A DNA stretch of 64,000 nucleotides, taken from NCBI GenBank assembly GCA_026003215.1, contig BPGV01000001.1, forward strand, positions 1,303,089-1,367,088. Direction: 5' to 3'. The notes under the pieces were generated by a model. The model ran no database searches. It saw only the letters and a list, made by a program, of their open reading frames with translations, and had not been told where the DNA came from. The translations under genes and the position numbers were made by a program. Origin of the DNA: Bacteroidia bacterium. Its GTDB lineage: Bacteria; Bacteroidota; Bacteroidia; SpSt-205. Shown piece by piece: positions 9,613 to 20,287 of the stretch (within the stretch, counting starts at the first letter, position 1; every line of letters starts with the position of its first letter).

Positions 9613-10493
9613 GCGGCCTTGCCTAAGACCCGCGCTACGGTGCGACCAATCTCGGCGGGGCTTTCTACCACATGGACCCCACACTTGGCCAAGAAGTCCA
9701 TTTTCTCCTTAGCACCGCCCTTGCCTCCCGCGATAATGGCACCTGCATGGCCCATGCGACGCCCCGGCGGCGCTGTCTGCCCTGCAATAAAGGCTATTAC
9801 GGGCTTAGTCCCATGGTCACGGATCCATTCACCCGCTATCTCCTCATCTGTACCCCCAATCTCCCCTATCATCACGATCGCTTCCGTGCCAGGATCTTCC
9901 ATAAGCAGCTTGATAATATCTAAATGCTTAGACCCCACGATCGGGTCCCCTCCAATGCCCACACAAGTAGATTGGCCCAAGCCGACCTGCGAAATTTGAT
10001 GCACCGCCTCGTAGGTAAGGGTACCTGAACGGCTTACTACCCCTATCGTCCCCGGCCGATGAATAAAGCCGGGCATAATCCCGATTTTACACTGCCCCGG
10101 CGTTATAACTCCCGGGCAGTTGGGCCCAATCAGGCGCACATGGGGATAGTCACTTTGCAATACATACTTGACTCGCAGCATATCCCGCACCGGCACCCCA
10201 TCTGTGATTGCCACAATCAGCCTTATCCCAGCGGCAGCAGCCTCTAAGATAGCATCAGCCGCCCCAGGCGCCGGCACAAAAATAATAGAGGCCTCAGCAC
10301 CGGTCGTCTCTACGGCTTCTCGCATCGTATTAAAGACGGGCAGGCCCAAGTGCGTGGTACCGCCCTTGCCAGGCGTGACCCCGCCTACCACCTTAGTGCC
10401 ATACTCCAGCATTTGCTGCGCATGGAAAGTACCCTCTTTTCCAGTGAAACCTTGCACGAGTACTTTCGTATGGGCATCAACGAGGATAGCCAT
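9609..10493 (-). CDS. sucD: Succinyl-CoA synthetase alpha subunit
   Basis: [30 protein letters not shown]; start ATG 10493. Confidence 0.97.
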   Translation of the reverse strand: MAILVDAHTKVLVQGFTGKEGTFHAQQMLEYGTKVVGGVTPGKGGTTHLGLPVFNTMREAVETTGAEASIIFVPAPGAADAILEAAAAGIRLIVAITDGVPVRDMLRVKYVLQSDYPHVRLIGPNCPGVITPGQCKIGIMPGFIHRPGTIGVVSRSGTLTYEAVHQISQVGLGQSTCVGIGGDPIVGSKHLDIIKLLMEDPGTEAIVMIGEIGGTDEEIAGEWIRDHGTKPVIAFIAGQTAPPGRRMGHAGAIIAGGKGGAKEKMDFLAKCGVHVVESPAEIGRTVARVLGKAA

Positions 10494-10498
10494 CGCCG

Positions 10499-10506
10499 CA
10501 AACCTA
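10499..10506 (-). promoter_or_regulatory. -7 element of sucD
   Basis: TAGGTTTG, 5 nt before ATG. Confidence 0.7.
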
Positions 10507-10509
10507 CAC

Positions 10510-10548
10510 AAAAAAAATGGAGGGGCAGTTCTTCCGAACTGCCCCTCC
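10510..10548 (-). terminator. Intrinsic terminator after the TPR lipoprotein gene
   Basis: 13-bp stem GGAGGGGCAGTTC/GAACTGCCCCTCC, 4-nt loop, T-run on minus strand. Confidence 0.85.
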
Positions 10549-10570
10549 GCTCGAAAGAAACCCCGAACGC

Positions 10571-12334
10571 TTACGGGTTGAGGGCGGCCTTAAACTCAGC
10601 CGACTCCCGCTGCTTGCGAAACTCAAGGTCGCCTTGGGCCTTCTTGGCCAGGTCTTTGTTGGCCTGGACAGCCCGACGCAGATTCGTCACGAGGAGGTTA
10701 TTGTCCGCCGAACGGGCCCCGACAATCGCCAGCACATAATAGGCCAAAGCATTATTGGGGTTCTGCTGTATGGCTTTTTCCAGCTCTACCTTGGCGCCGG
10801 CCAGGTCATTCATGAGGAGACGAGACAAGCCCGCGTTGTAATGAGCGCCGGGGAGGTCGCCGGCATTGCCAAAGGCCTCAGCAGCGGCGGCATACTGGGC
10901 AGTCTTCTCATAGATGACCCCTAAGTTGAAGGCTGCTTCCGGTGTAGGACGCGCCGCATACGAAGCTTGGAAAGCTTGGGCCGCTTGGGCATATTCCTTA
11001 CGAGCCGCATATACTAAGCCCATATTGTTGAGTACCGCAGGATTATTCGGCGAATATTGATTGGCCGTATTCAAGTAGTCCATCGCTTCATCCAGTCGGC
11101 CTCCTAACACCGCCAACGCCCCCAGGTCATTGAGTGCCCGATGGTCTTGGCCATATCGGCTGGTATAGGCCTTGAGAAGCCGTTCCCGACGCGCATTATC
11201 TTGCTGGCGGGTAGTAGCAAAGTACAGCTCTTCTTGCGCAAGGGCATTCAACAAGGCTTCTTGGGTGATAGAACCGGCCAGGAAAGCATTGGCAATACTG
11301 TCTATCTGTTCATCCGAGAGACGGCCCGAGAACCCCTCCAGCCGTACCTGCGTACGACGCAGCGGCGCCAACATAAACTCTACTTCTTTGGGGCCCCCGA
11401 CCAATGCCATCACTTTTTGTTCCTTGGCGTCGGGATTCATGTTAGAGGCAATCACCTGGATAACTTGTTGTTTGACATTCTCGGGGAGGGAAGTCTGGTT
11501 CAGGTTGGCCTTGAAGCCTTCCCAGTCTTGGGGCGTAGCAGATACTTTAAAGAAAGAGCTGTCTAAGTACTCCTTGTAGCCTTCTTTGCGCATCTGTTCA
11601 ATCAACCACTTTTGTACTTCCTTATAGCGATTGAGGGAGAGGAACTGATTGCGCTTGAATCGCCCCTCCGGCGAAGCATACCCCGCCAACGTCACCGATG
11701 TAGCCGGGTACTTCTTTTGGAGGAAAGCCGCAATATCTTTTACCGCTTGACGCTCGTATTCCCCCGGCTGGATGAGGTACACATTTTGTGGGAACTGGAA
11801 GAGCGCTTCCAGCGTAATAGGCCGCTTAGAAGTGTAGGTATGCTGTTCAAAAAGCGCATAGGGCCGAGAATCTACCAAGCGCGAAGTGGTGATGCAGCAG
11901 GGCGCTAAATCAAAGTCCGGCAAATCAAAACTCTTGCCTTTCCGTTCATAGCTATTCTCCGCCACAAACATACCTCCATCCATCCCCTCCTGAAAAGCGA
12001 AGATACCTTGCTTGCCAATAGTGACCCCCTCATTTTTCAGTTGTTTCTTAGGATACTGGTCGGAGGAGATGGTTACCGTGCTTACTTCATACCGATTGTT
12101 CCCACTTTTTACCACCAGCTTACCGTTGTAAGTAGACTTACGACGGAAGCCAGATTTCGGGGGAACCGTCACTTTTACACTGTACTTGACGGAATCGGCA
12201 TGGACTTCTAAGGGATTAGGATTTACCGTTACAACGGTACCCTTAAACTTTGCGCACTGGGTAAGGACACCTATGCTCAGGAAGGCTAAGGAAGCCGCTC
12301 TACCCAGCTGGCTCAGAAATGGTTTGGCTCGCAT
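10571..12334 (-). CDS. Lipoprotein with OmpA-like domain and C-terminal TPR repeats
   Basis: Lipobox-like LTQC; GYASPEG...N..LS..R OmpA-like motif; multiple TPR helices (ALNDLG, VLNNMG, AAFNLG). Confidence 0.75.
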   Translation of the reverse strand: MRAKPFLSQLGRAASLAFLSIGVLTQCAKFKGTVVTVNPNPLEVHADSVKYSVKVTVPPKSGFRRKSTYNGKLVVKSGNNRYEVSTVTISSDQYPKKQLKNEGVTIGKQGIFAFQEGMDGGMFVAENSYERKGKSFDLPDFDLAPCCITTSRLVDSRPYALFEQHTYTSKRPITLEALFQFPQNVYLIQPGEYERQAVKDIAAFLQKKYPATSVTLAGYASPEGRFKRNQFLSLNRYKEVQKWLIEQMRKEGYKEYLDSSFFKVSATPQDWEGFKANLNQTSLPENVKQQVIQVIASNMNPDAKEQKVMALVGGPKEVEFMLAPLRRTQVRLEGFSGRLSDEQIDSIANAFLAGSITQEALLNALAQEELYFATTRQQDNARRERLLKAYTSRYGQDHRALNDLGALAVLGGRLDEAMDYLNTANQYSPNNPAVLNNMGLVYAARKEYAQAAQAFQASYAARPTPEAAFNLGVIYEKTAQYAAAAEAFGNAGDLPGAHYNAGLSRLLMNDLAGAKVELEKAIQQNPNNALAYYVLAIVGARSADNNLLVTNLRRAVQANKDLAKKAQGDLEFRKQRESAEFKAALNP

Positions 12335-12423
12335 AAGCGTGTGTTTTTAGGTTCCGCTGCAAAGGTAGGCTTTTTTCATAGAAAAAGCGTCATCCCCTTG
12401 TAAGGCGAGCAGGGGGTTTGCGG

Positions 12424-12431
12424 TACCTTTG
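12424..12431 (+). promoter_or_regulatory. -7 element of valS
   Basis: TACCTTTG, 4 nt before ATG 12436. Confidence 0.7.
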
Positions 12432-12435
12432 TTCC

Positions 12436-15051
12436 ATGGAGAGTCGGTACCAACCCCAAGAGATTGAGGCGCACTGGCGAGATACATGGGCAGCCCACCG
12501 GCTTTATCAAAGCACCCCTGATACGCGCCCCTCTTATACGATAGTCATGCCCCCCCCGAATGTCACCGGCGTCCTGCACATGGGCCACGTGCTCAATAAT
12601 ACCCTTCAAGATGTGCTGGCCCGCTACCACCGCCTCAAAGGGTACAATGTGTGCTGGGTGCCGGGTACCGACCACGCCTCCATCGCCACCGAAGCCAAAG
12701 TCGTCCAGCGCCTCAAAGCCCAAGGCATAGACAAAAGAAGCATAGGCCGAGAAGCCTTCCTCCAAGAAGCCTGGAAATGGACCGAAGAACACGGCGGGAT
12801 CATCGTAGAACAGCTCAAAACCTTAGGGGTAAGCGCCGACTGGAGCCGATATCGTTTCACCTTGGACCCGCCCCTCTATCAGGCTGTGCTCAAGGCCTTC
12901 GTCCGCCTCTACGAAGAGGGCCTCATCTACCGAGGCAAGCGCATGATTCACTGGGACCCTGTCGCCCTCACCGCCCTCTCCGATGAAGAGGTTATTTATA
13001 AGGAGCACGAATCCCAGCTGGTATATGTGCGGTACCCCGATGAAAATGGCGACTACTTGGTAATCGCCACGGTGCGTCCAGAGACGATTTTAGCGGATGT
13101 GGCGGTGGCCGTCCATCCCGAAGACGAACGCTATCGCGCTTGGATAGGGCGCCGCGTGCGCGTCCCGCTTACCGACCGGTGGGTCCCCGTGATTGCCGAT
13201 GAAGCCGTAGACCCCACCTTTGGCACAGGCTGCCTCAAAGTTACCCCTGCCCATGACCCCAAAGACTACGAAATCAGCCTGCGCCACAACCTGCCCATTA
13301 TAGATATATGCACGCCCACCGCCCACCTCAACGAAGCCGCCGGCCCCTTCACTGGGCTGAGCCGGGAAGAAGCCCGTACCCGTATCACCCAAGCCTTATC
13401 CGAAGCCGGCCTCTTAGAAAAAACAGAACCCTATCGCCACAGCGTAGGCCATTCCGAACGCACAGACGCCGTGGTGGAGCCTCGCCTCTCAGAGCAGTGG
13501 TTTGTGCGCATGAAGCCCTTAGCTGAGCTGGCCTTAGCCGCTGTGGAAAAGGGCGAAATACGGCTGGTACCAGAGCGATTCCTGGCTACGTACCGCCACT
13601 GGCTGGAAAATGTGAAAGATTGGTGCATCTCGCGCCAGCTGTGGTGGGGCCATCGCATTCCCGCATGGTATGCGCCTGATGGCGTCGTCTTCGTCGCCCT
13701 CACCGAAGAAGAAGCCCACCAAAAAGCCCAAGCCGCCGGCTACGACCCCACCACCCTCCGCCAAGACGACGATGTCTTAGATACCTGGTTCTCCTCTTGG
13801 CTGTGGCCCCTGAGCGTATTTGACTTCTTCGAAAATCCAACTAACCCAGACTTTCGCTACTACTACCCCACCCAAGTACTTGTCACTGCGCCCGAAATCC
13901 TCTTTTTCTGGGTGGCTCGCATGATTATGGCGGGGTATTACTTTGCTGGGGAAAAACCCTTTTCGGTGGTCTATCTCCATGGCATCGTACGCGATAAGCT
14001 CCGCCGCAAAATGAGTAAATCCTTAGGCAACTCGCCTGACCCCTTAGATCTTATCGCTACCTACGGCGCAGATGCGGTACGTTTAGGTGTGCTTATGAGT
14101 GCCCCCGCTGGGAATGACCTCCTCTTTGATGAAGCCCTCTGCGAAAATGGAAAAAACTTCTGCAATAAGCTCTGGAATAGCTTCCGACTCTTACACCTCT
14201 GGCGGGAAAAAGCGGAAGATACCGCCCCTACCCCCCTCCAAGAATCGGCTTACACTTGGTTTTCTCTGCGCCTGCGCTACCTCCAAGAAGAAATAGAAAC
14301 CCTCCTCCAAGAGTATCGGTTCTATGAAGCGGTGCATACCTTATACCGCACTACTTGGGAGGACTTTTGCAGTTGGTATTTAGAAGCGCTCAAACCTGCC
14401 CCTCCCCGCGCCCTGCTGCAAAAAGTAGAGACGCAAGCCCTTCACCTACTTACGCTCCTCCACCCCTTTGTGCCGTTTATCACAGAAGAGCTGTGGCACC
14501 AGCTTACAGGACGCCCTGAGCGAGAAAGCCTCAGCTGGGTCGCCCTTCCTCCAACCCAGCCGCTTTCTGCCGAAGAAAAAGCCCACTTAGAAGCAGTAGC
14601 ATACATCCAAGAAGTGATTACACGCCTGCGCGGCTTGCGTCAAACCTTCGGACTCAAAGATGCCCTTCGCTTACATATCCAGACTGCTCGTCCCGCTGAC
14701 ATTCAGCCGCTCCTCTCTTGGATAGCCCATTTCCTCCCCATAGCAGACCTACAACTGGCCGAAGAACCCTACGCAGGTCCAGCGCTGCGCATGGTCTTCC
14801 GCAGCGAAGTATTCTATATAGAAGCCCAAGGGGATGCCTCTACCTGGCGACAAATGCGCGAAAAACTCCAAAAAGACCTTCTCCATGCCGAAAACTTCCT
14901 CCGCCAAATAGAATCTAAGCTCAACAATCGCAACTTCACCCAAAATGCCGCTCCTGAGGTAGTAGAACGCGAAAGGAAAAAATGGGCAGACACCCACGCC
15001 CGTAAAAAGCTCTTAGAAGAGCAAATTCAAGCCTTAGAAAGCTTCGTATGA
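12436..15051 (+). CDS. valS: Valine--tRNA ligase
   Basis: PPPNVTGVLHMGH, DWCISRQLWWGH, KMSKS, C-terminal coiled coil. Confidence 0.97.
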   Translation: MESRYQPQEIEAHWRDTWAAHRLYQSTPDTRPSYTIVMPPPNVTGVLHMGHVLNNTLQDVLARYHRLKGYNVCWVPGTDHASIATEAKVVQRLKAQGIDKRSIGREAFLQEAWKWTEEHGGIIVEQLKTLGVSADWSRYRFTLDPPLYQAVLKAFVRLYEEGLIYRGKRMIHWDPVALTALSDEEVIYKEHESQLVYVRYPDENGDYLVIATVRPETILADVAVAVHPEDERYRAWIGRRVRVPLTDRWVPVIADEAVDPTFGTGCLKVTPAHDPKDYEISLRHNLPIIDICTPTAHLNEAAGPFTGLSREEARTRITQALSEAGLLEKTEPYRHSVGHSERTDAVVEPRLSEQWFVRMKPLAELALAAVEKGEIRLVPERFLATYRHWLENVKDWCISRQLWWGHRIPAWYAPDGVVFVALTEEEAHQKAQAAGYDPTTLRQDDDVLDTWFSSWLWPLSVFDFFENPTNPDFRYYYPTQVLVTAPEILFFWVARMIMAGYYFAGEKPFSVVYLHGIVRDKLRRKMSKSLGNSPDPLDLIATYGADAVRLGVLMSAPAGNDLLFDEALCENGKNFCNKLWNSFRLLHLWREKAEDTAPTPLQESAYTWFSLRLRYLQEEIETLLQEYRFYEAVHTLYRTTWEDFCSWYLEALKPAPPRALLQKVETQALHLLTLLHPFVPFITEELWHQLTGRPERESLSWVALPPTQPLSAEEKAHLEAVAYIQEVITRLRGLRQTFGLKDALRLHIQTARPADIQPLLSWIAHFLPIADLQLAEEPYAGPALRMVFRSEVFYIEAQGDASTWRQMREKLQKDLLHAENFLRQIESKLNNRNFTQNAAPEVVERERKKWADTHARKKLLEEQIQALESFV

Positions 15052-16244
15052 GCATACTTCATGCCACCACGGGGATAGACCTGGACAATACCGCTGTGGG
15101 TTATGCTTACCGAGACACAGCAGAGCTGCGCCAGGCAGCCTGGCTCTTTCGCCTCCTGCGATATGGTCCCTTGGTGCGCTTAGCTAATACTCTCGGCGCT
15201 ACGGCTCTACGCCTGGGACTCCCCATAGACCCCCTTCTGCGAAAAACCTTAGGTAAGCTCTTTTTAGGCGGCGAGAGCCTCCAAGAAACTATACCTCTCC
15301 TCAAAAAACTTTCCACCTATGGTGTCTCCACCATGTTAGATTATGCCGCTGAGGCTTCTGCGGACCCCACCGAGCAAGAAGCCACCTTGGCCGAGTACCT
15401 GCGCATGCTCACCTTCGCGCAGGAACATCCCCAGTGGGTGAGCTTCGTCGCTGTAAAGCTTACAGCCCTGGCTTCGCCCCTCCTGTGGGAGAAGCTTAGT
15501 GCCGGCGAACCTCTCTCTCCAGCTCTTCAAAAAGAAAAACAGGCTTTCACCCAGCGCTTCGAAACCCTCCTCCACAAAGCCATAGAAACCCAAATCCCCC
15601 TCATGGTAGATGCCGAAGAAAGCTGGGTACAACCCGCCATTGACGAAATCGTAGAAAAGTACATGCAGGAAATCAACAAAGAGCGGGCCCTTCTCTACAC
15701 TACTGTACAGATGTATCGGCGAGATAGGCTGGATTATCTAAAAAACCTGATGAGTTCGGCTAAGAGCTATATTGTGGGCATAAAGCTGGTGCGCGGGGCC
15801 TATGTGGAGAAGGAGCGGCGCCGGGCCCGAGAGCGGGGATATCCCGACCCGATACAGCCTTCTAAGGCGGCCACCGACATAGCTTACGACGCCGCCCTGA
15901 TGGAATGCTTAGAACACATAGACCACGTGGCCGTATGCATCGCTACCCATAACCGCAATAGTTGCATGAAAGCCGCCCAACACGCTATCCTCTACAAGTG
16001 GCCCTTAGACCATCCCCACCTCAGCTTTTCGCAGCTGTATGGAATGGCCGACCCGCTCTCCTTTGGCTTAGCTAAGGCCGGCTTTAGGGTAGCTAAATAT
16101 GTACCGTATGGGCCGCTATATAAAGCTTTTCCTTACCTCTCGCGCCGGGCAGAAGAAAACTCCAGTCTCTCCGACCAAAGCGGTCGAGAACTGCGCTGGA
16201 TAGAAGAAGAGCTCCTGCGACGACGCCGCCTACGCTCCCCTTGA
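15048..16244 (+). CDS. Proline dehydrogenase (monofunctional)
   Basis: VDAEES, KLVRGAY, ATHN, QLYGM, KYVPYG, YLSRRAEEN. Confidence 0.9.
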   Translation: MSILHATTGIDLDNTAVGYAYRDTAELRQAAWLFRLLRYGPLVRLANTLGATALRLGLPIDPLLRKTLGKLFLGGESLQETIPLLKKLSTYGVSTMLDYAAEASADPTEQEATLAEYLRMLTFAQEHPQWVSFVAVKLTALASPLLWEKLSAGEPLSPALQKEKQAFTQRFETLLHKAIETQIPLMVDAEESWVQPAIDEIVEKYMQEINKERALLYTTVQMYRRDRLDYLKNLMSSAKSYIVGIKLVRGAYVEKERRRARERGYPDPIQPSKAATDIAYDAALMECLEHIDHVAVCIATHNRNSCMKAAQHAILYKWPLDHPHLSFSQLYGMADPLSFGLAKAGFRVAKYVPYGPLYKAFPYLSRRAEENSSLSDQSGRELRWIEEELLRRRRLRSP

Positions 16245-16281
16245 GGACACTTTTTGCACGATTATTTTTGTTTTCTCCATC

Positions 16282-16479
16282 ATGAAACTCGCACAAAATG
16301 TCGGTGGGATAGATAAAATCCTGCGTATCGTCCTGGGTGCAGCCGCCATAGGCGGCGGCCTATACACCCAAATCTGGTGGCTCGTAGGCGTAGGGGCGTT
16401 GGTCGCCCTGACAGGGCTATTGGGTCGGTGCGGCTTGTATTACCTTTTCGGGATAAATACCTGCCCCGTGAAAAAGTAG
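16282..16479 (+). CDS. DUF2892/YgaP-like membrane protein
   Basis: NVGGIDKILRI, two TM segments, C..Y.LFGINTC. Confidence 0.85.
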   Translation: MKLAQNVGGIDKILRIVLGAAAIGGGLYTQIWWLVGVGALVALTGLLGRCGLYYLFGINTCPVKK

Positions 16480-16484
16480 GCGGC

Positions 16485-17696
16485 CTATATCCTTTCGATC
16501 ACGGTGGCTATCCCCATGCCCCCACCTACACAGAGGGTGGCCACACCGTAGCGGCGGTTTTGCCGCTCCAGCTCATCTAAGAGGGTACCGAGGAGGATGG
16601 CGCCTGTGGCGCCGAGGGGATGGCCCATAGCAATAGCGCCGCCATTGACGTTGACTTTCTCCTCGGGGATGCCCATCTCCTCCATAAACCGAAGGGGCAC
16701 CGCGGCGAAAGCTTCATTCACCTCGTACAAATCAATCTGCTCGGGAGAGAGGCCTGCGCGCTGGAGAGCCTTGCGGGTGGCCGGCGCCGGCCCCAAAAGC
16801 ATAATCGTGGGTTCGGTGCCTGTGACAGCCCAGCTCACTATGCGGGCCCGAGGGCGCAATCCGTACTTTTTAGCTACGGCTTCTGTGCCTAAAAGTACCA
16901 AAGCTGCCCCATCTACAATCGCAGAGGAGTTGCCCGCATGATGCACATGCTGGATCGCCTCCACTTCTGGGTATTTCTGGATAGCTACGGCATCATAGCC
17001 AAACTGCTGCCCTATCACCGCAAAGGAAGGCTCAAGCGTAGCCAACTTTTCCAAAGAAGTATCCGGGCGAATGTTTTCGTCTTTATCTAACACCACTTGC
17101 CCCAGCTCATCTCGGACGGGAATAAGGCTTTTTTGGAAGTAGCCCTTCTGCGTAGCGTGTGCCGCGCGCTGGTGCGAGCGCAGCGCAAATCTATCGAGTC
17201 GCTCGCGGTCGTATCCATACAGCGTAGCAATTAGGTCCGCCGAAATCCCCTGCGGGATAAAGTAGCCCGGGAAAGCCACGGCAGGGTCCATGTACCAGGC
17301 CCCTCCATCCGAACCCATTGGCACGCGACTCATGGACTCTACGCCCCCTGCTAAGAAAGCCTCCCCCACACCCGCTCTGAGATAAGTCGAAGCCTGATTG
17401 ATAGCCTCCAAGCCCGAAGCACAAAAGCGGTTGAGGGTTACGCCTGCGACGGTCTCGGGCAGGCCGGACACCTGAGCGGCTACCTTGGCGATATTGGACC
17501 CTTGCTCCATGATCTGGGTGACACACCCCAAAATGAGGTCTTCTATGCTTTCCGGCGGCAGCGCAGGGTTGCGTGCTAAAAGCGCTTGGATAAGCTGGCG
17601 AACCAGTTCTACGGGGCGGATGGGGTGAAGCTTGCCATCTTTTTTGCCGCGGCCGCGCGGGGTGCGCACCGCATCGTAAATATACACCTCAAACAT
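16485..17696 (-). CDS. Acetyl-CoA C-acyltransferase (thiolase)
   Basis: NRFCASG, NEAF, GHPLGATG, LCVGGGMG. Confidence 0.93.
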   Translation of the reverse strand: MFEVYIYDAVRTPRGRGKKDGKLHPIRPVELVRQLIQALLARNPALPPESIEDLILGCVTQIMEQGSNIAKVAAQVSGLPETVAGVTLNRFCASGLEAINQASTYLRAGVGEAFLAGGVESMSRVPMGSDGGAWYMDPAVAFPGYFIPQGISADLIATLYGYDRERLDRFALRSHQRAAHATQKGYFQKSLIPVRDELGQVVLDKDENIRPDTSLEKLATLEPSFAVIGQQFGYDAVAIQKYPEVEAIQHVHHAGNSSAIVDGAALVLLGTEAVAKKYGLRPRARIVSWAVTGTEPTIMLLGPAPATRKALQRAGLSPEQIDLYEVNEAFAAVPLRFMEEMGIPEEKVNVNGGAIAMGHPLGATGAILLGTLLDELERQNRRYGVATLCVGGGMGIATVIERI

Positions 17697-19059
17697 GTTC
17701 TGAACGCTGAATACCGAGTCGTTTCATGCGATTATGCAAAACGGGGCGCTGCAGACCTAAAGCCTCGGCTGTACGGGACACATTAAACCCATGCTTACGT
17801 AGGTGATAGAGGAGGTATTCCCGCTCTACCTGCTCCAGAAAGCTGTCTAAATCACAACTCTCTATGAGCCGAGACATTCTGTCTCCCTCCGAAGGCGTCC
17901 CTACCCCTATCACATACCGCTGTACGTCACTGGGAGTTATTTCCCGCTCGCAGAAGATAGCCAAACGTTCTATGGCGTTGCGCAGCTCGCGCACATTACC
18001 TGGCCACTCATAGGCAGAGAGCATTTGTAAAGCGCCTTTGGTAAGCTCTTTGGGGGGCATATTGTACTCCTGCACTATCTCTTTGAGGAAAGCCTCGGCT
18101 AAAATCGGGATATCCTCTCTACGGTCGCGCAGGGGAGGGATTTCTATAACTACCACACTAAGCCGATGGTATAGGTCTTCGCGGAAGCGTCCTGCCCCTA
18201 TCTCTTGCAGGAGGTTTTTGTTGGTAGCTGCGATAAGGCGTACGTTGACAGAGATGTCTTTTTCGCCTCCTACACGGCGGATTTTACCTTCTTCTATGAC
18301 GCGCAGGACCTTAGCTTGGGCTGCCAAGGCCATATCCCCAATCTCATCCAAAAAGAGCGTGCCGCCATGCGCTTCTTCAAAGCGTCCGATATGTTGCTTG
18401 ATGGCATGGGTAAAAGCGCCCTTTTCATGCCCAAAAAGCTCACTCTCAATGAGATCAGGGGGGATAGCGGCGCAGTTCACATCCACGAAGGGGGCTTTAC
18501 TACGGGCACTTTTTTGATGAATAGAACGGGCCACCAGCTCTTTACCGCTGCCGCTGGGCCCCACAATAAGCACGCGCGTGTCCAGAGGAGCGATTTTCTC
18601 TATAAACTCCCGAATGCGTTGGATAGCGGGCGAGACGCCTAAGATTTCCCGGACACGAAAGACTTTTTGGGAGAGGGTTTTATTTTCTGCGACGAGCTTA
18701 CGTTTTTCGGTGGCATTCCGAATAAGTATTTCCAAGCGGGGTAGGTCCAGGGGCTTTTCCATGAAGTCAAAGGCGCCGCGTTTTGTCGCAGCTACGGCCG
18801 TTTCAATGGTGGCATGGCCGGAGAGCATAATAAACTCTACTTCCGGCTTGTGCTGGCGGGCCCAGTCTAACAGTTCCAAGCCATCCCGCCCCGGCATGCG
18901 TACATCGCACAAGACAATATCAAAGTCGTTTCGCTCTAAGAAGCGTTGAGCTTCTATCCCATCCCGCGCTACTTCTACGGTATGGTCGTCATAACTGAGT
19001 ACTTCTGCTAAACTCTCGCGAATCTCTGGGTCATCATCCACTACCAAAATGCGGGCCAT
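17689..19059 (-). CDS. Sigma54-interacting response regulator (REC-AAA-HTH, NtrC/NtrX-like)
   Basis: Receiver DVRMP, GPSGSGKE, ESELFGHEKGAFTHA, WPGNVREL, Fis HTH. Confidence 0.9.
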   Translation of the reverse strand: MARILVVDDDPEIRESLAEVLSYDDHTVEVARDGIEAQRFLERNDFDIVLCDVRMPGRDGLELLDWARQHKPEVEFIMLSGHATIETAVAATKRGAFDFMEKPLDLPRLEILIRNATEKRKLVAENKTLSQKVFRVREILGVSPAIQRIREFIEKIAPLDTRVLIVGPSGSGKELVARSIHQKSARSKAPFVDVNCAAIPPDLIESELFGHEKGAFTHAIKQHIGRFEEAHGGTLFLDEIGDMALAAQAKVLRVIEEGKIRRVGGEKDISVNVRLIAATNKNLLQEIGAGRFREDLYHRLSVVVIEIPPLRDRREDIPILAEAFLKEIVQEYNMPPKELTKGALQMLSAYEWPGNVRELRNAIERLAIFCEREITPSDVQRYVIGVGTPSEGDRMSRLIESCDLDSFLEQVEREYLLYHLRKHGFNVSRTAEALGLQRPVLHNRMKRLGIQRSEHV

Positions 19060-19622
19060 TAGACAGAGAGGAGTTCGTGTTCTTTAGCGTCAGCCAATCG
19101 GTCTATTTCACCGATGTACTTATCGGTGAGCTTTTGGAGCTCGTCTTGGCCTTTGCGTACGAGGTCTTCGGGTGTGCCGTTTTTACTCAGCTTGCGCAGC
19201 TCCTCTAAGGCATCCCGGCGAATATTCCGAATAGCTACTCGGCCTTCCTCGGCCAAATCTTTTACTTGCTTAACAAACTTTTTGCGCTGTTCTTCGGTAA
19301 GGGAAGGGAAGCTTACGCGTACCGCTTTCCCTTCTGTGGCGACAGAGAGACCTAAGCCCGCCTCGGCGATAGCTTTTTCTATGGCTTTGGCGAGATGGGG
19401 CTCGAAGGGTTGTACCAAGAGCGTACGGCTATCTTGGATGCTAAATGTAGCCACATGCTTGAGCGGGGTGGGCGAGCCATAATAATCCACTTTGAGGTGT
19501 TCTATGAGCGCTGGAGTAGCTTTGCCCGCCCGTATCTTCGCAAATAACTCATTATAGTGAGCCACTGATTTTTTCATGTGCTCTTCTGCGCTCCCCAGGG
19601 CCGCTTGAATCTCGGGTGTCAT
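19059..19622 (-). CDS. frr: Ribosome recycling factor
   Basis: IRAGKA, VDYYGSPTPL, RVAIRNIRRD. Confidence 0.95.
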   Translation of the reverse strand: MTPEIQAALGSAEEHMKKSVAHYNELFAKIRAGKATPALIEHLKVDYYGSPTPLKHVATFSIQDSRTLLVQPFEPHLAKAIEKAIAEAGLGLSVATEGKAVRVSFPSLTEEQRKKFVKQVKDLAEEGRVAIRNIRRDALEELRKLSKNGTPEDLVRKGQDELQKLTDKYIGEIDRLADAKEHELLSV

Positions 19623-19626
19623 AGGG

Positions 19627-19634
19627 CAAAGTTA
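19627..19634 (-). promoter_or_regulatory. -7 element of frr, overlapping the queC stop codon
   Basis: TAACTTTG, 4 nt before ATG; its TAA is the queC stop. Confidence 0.65.
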
Positions 19635-20285
19635 GCCAAAAGCCTGTTCGTAGCCTGCCTTACGCAGAAGGCAAGCGGGACAGGTTCCACAGCCGTACCC
19701 CCAGGGATGCCGTTGAGTCCGGTCGCCCATGTAACATGTGTGCGTCTCCTCGGCGATAAACTCCCTGTAGCCCAAGCTGTCCGCATACTTCCAGATGCGG
19801 GCCTTGTCCCAAAAGAGCAAAGGCGCTTGTATAGAGATAGGCCTATCCAAGGCATGAGAAAGCGTTTGCTCGGCTGACTTTATAAAGGGTTCTCGGCAGT
19901 CGGGGTAGCCACTGTAATCTACTTGGCTCACACCGAGGATGAGGGTATGTTCGTTTCGGGGATAGCCCCATATCGCTGCTGCTGCGAGGAATATCAGGTT
20001 CCGCCCCGGTACAAAAGTAGAGGGAAGGCCTGTGGGAAGGGTTTGTATAGGTTTTTCTTCGGTGAGGGCGGAGGACACTTGTAGAGCCTCCCACAGGGAA
20101 CCCAGTTCTATTACCACATGGGGTACGCGCAGCTGAGCGGCGATACGCTTGGCACAATCAAGCTCCACAGCGTGGCGCTGGCCATATACAAATGAGATAG
20201 CCCGTACCGGCTCTTTACCCTCCTGGAGGGCCCATAAAAGCGCTGTAGCCGAGTCCTGGCCTCCGCTCAGGAGTACCAGGGCCAT
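19632..20285 (-). CDS. queC: 7-cyano-7-deazaguanine synthase
   Basis: SGGQDS, YGQRH, FVPGRN, GYPDCR, CY..GCGTCPAC. Confidence 0.95.
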   Translation of the reverse strand: MALVLLSGGQDSATALLWALQEGKEPVRAISFVYGQRHAVELDCAKRIAAQLRVPHVVIELGSLWEALQVSSALTEEKPIQTLPTGLPSTFVPGRNLIFLAAAAIWGYPRNEHTLILGVSQVDYSGYPDCREPFIKSAEQTLSHALDRPISIQAPLLFWDKARIWKYADSLGYREFIAEETHTCYMGDRTQRHPWGYGCGTCPACLLRKAGYEQAFG

Positions 20286-20287
20286 GT

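Noticed and set aside
12369-12388. GCTTTTTTCATAGAAAAAGC imperfect palindrome between divergent promoters
   Set aside because: Low-complexity A/T runs could arise by chance; no second copy seen.
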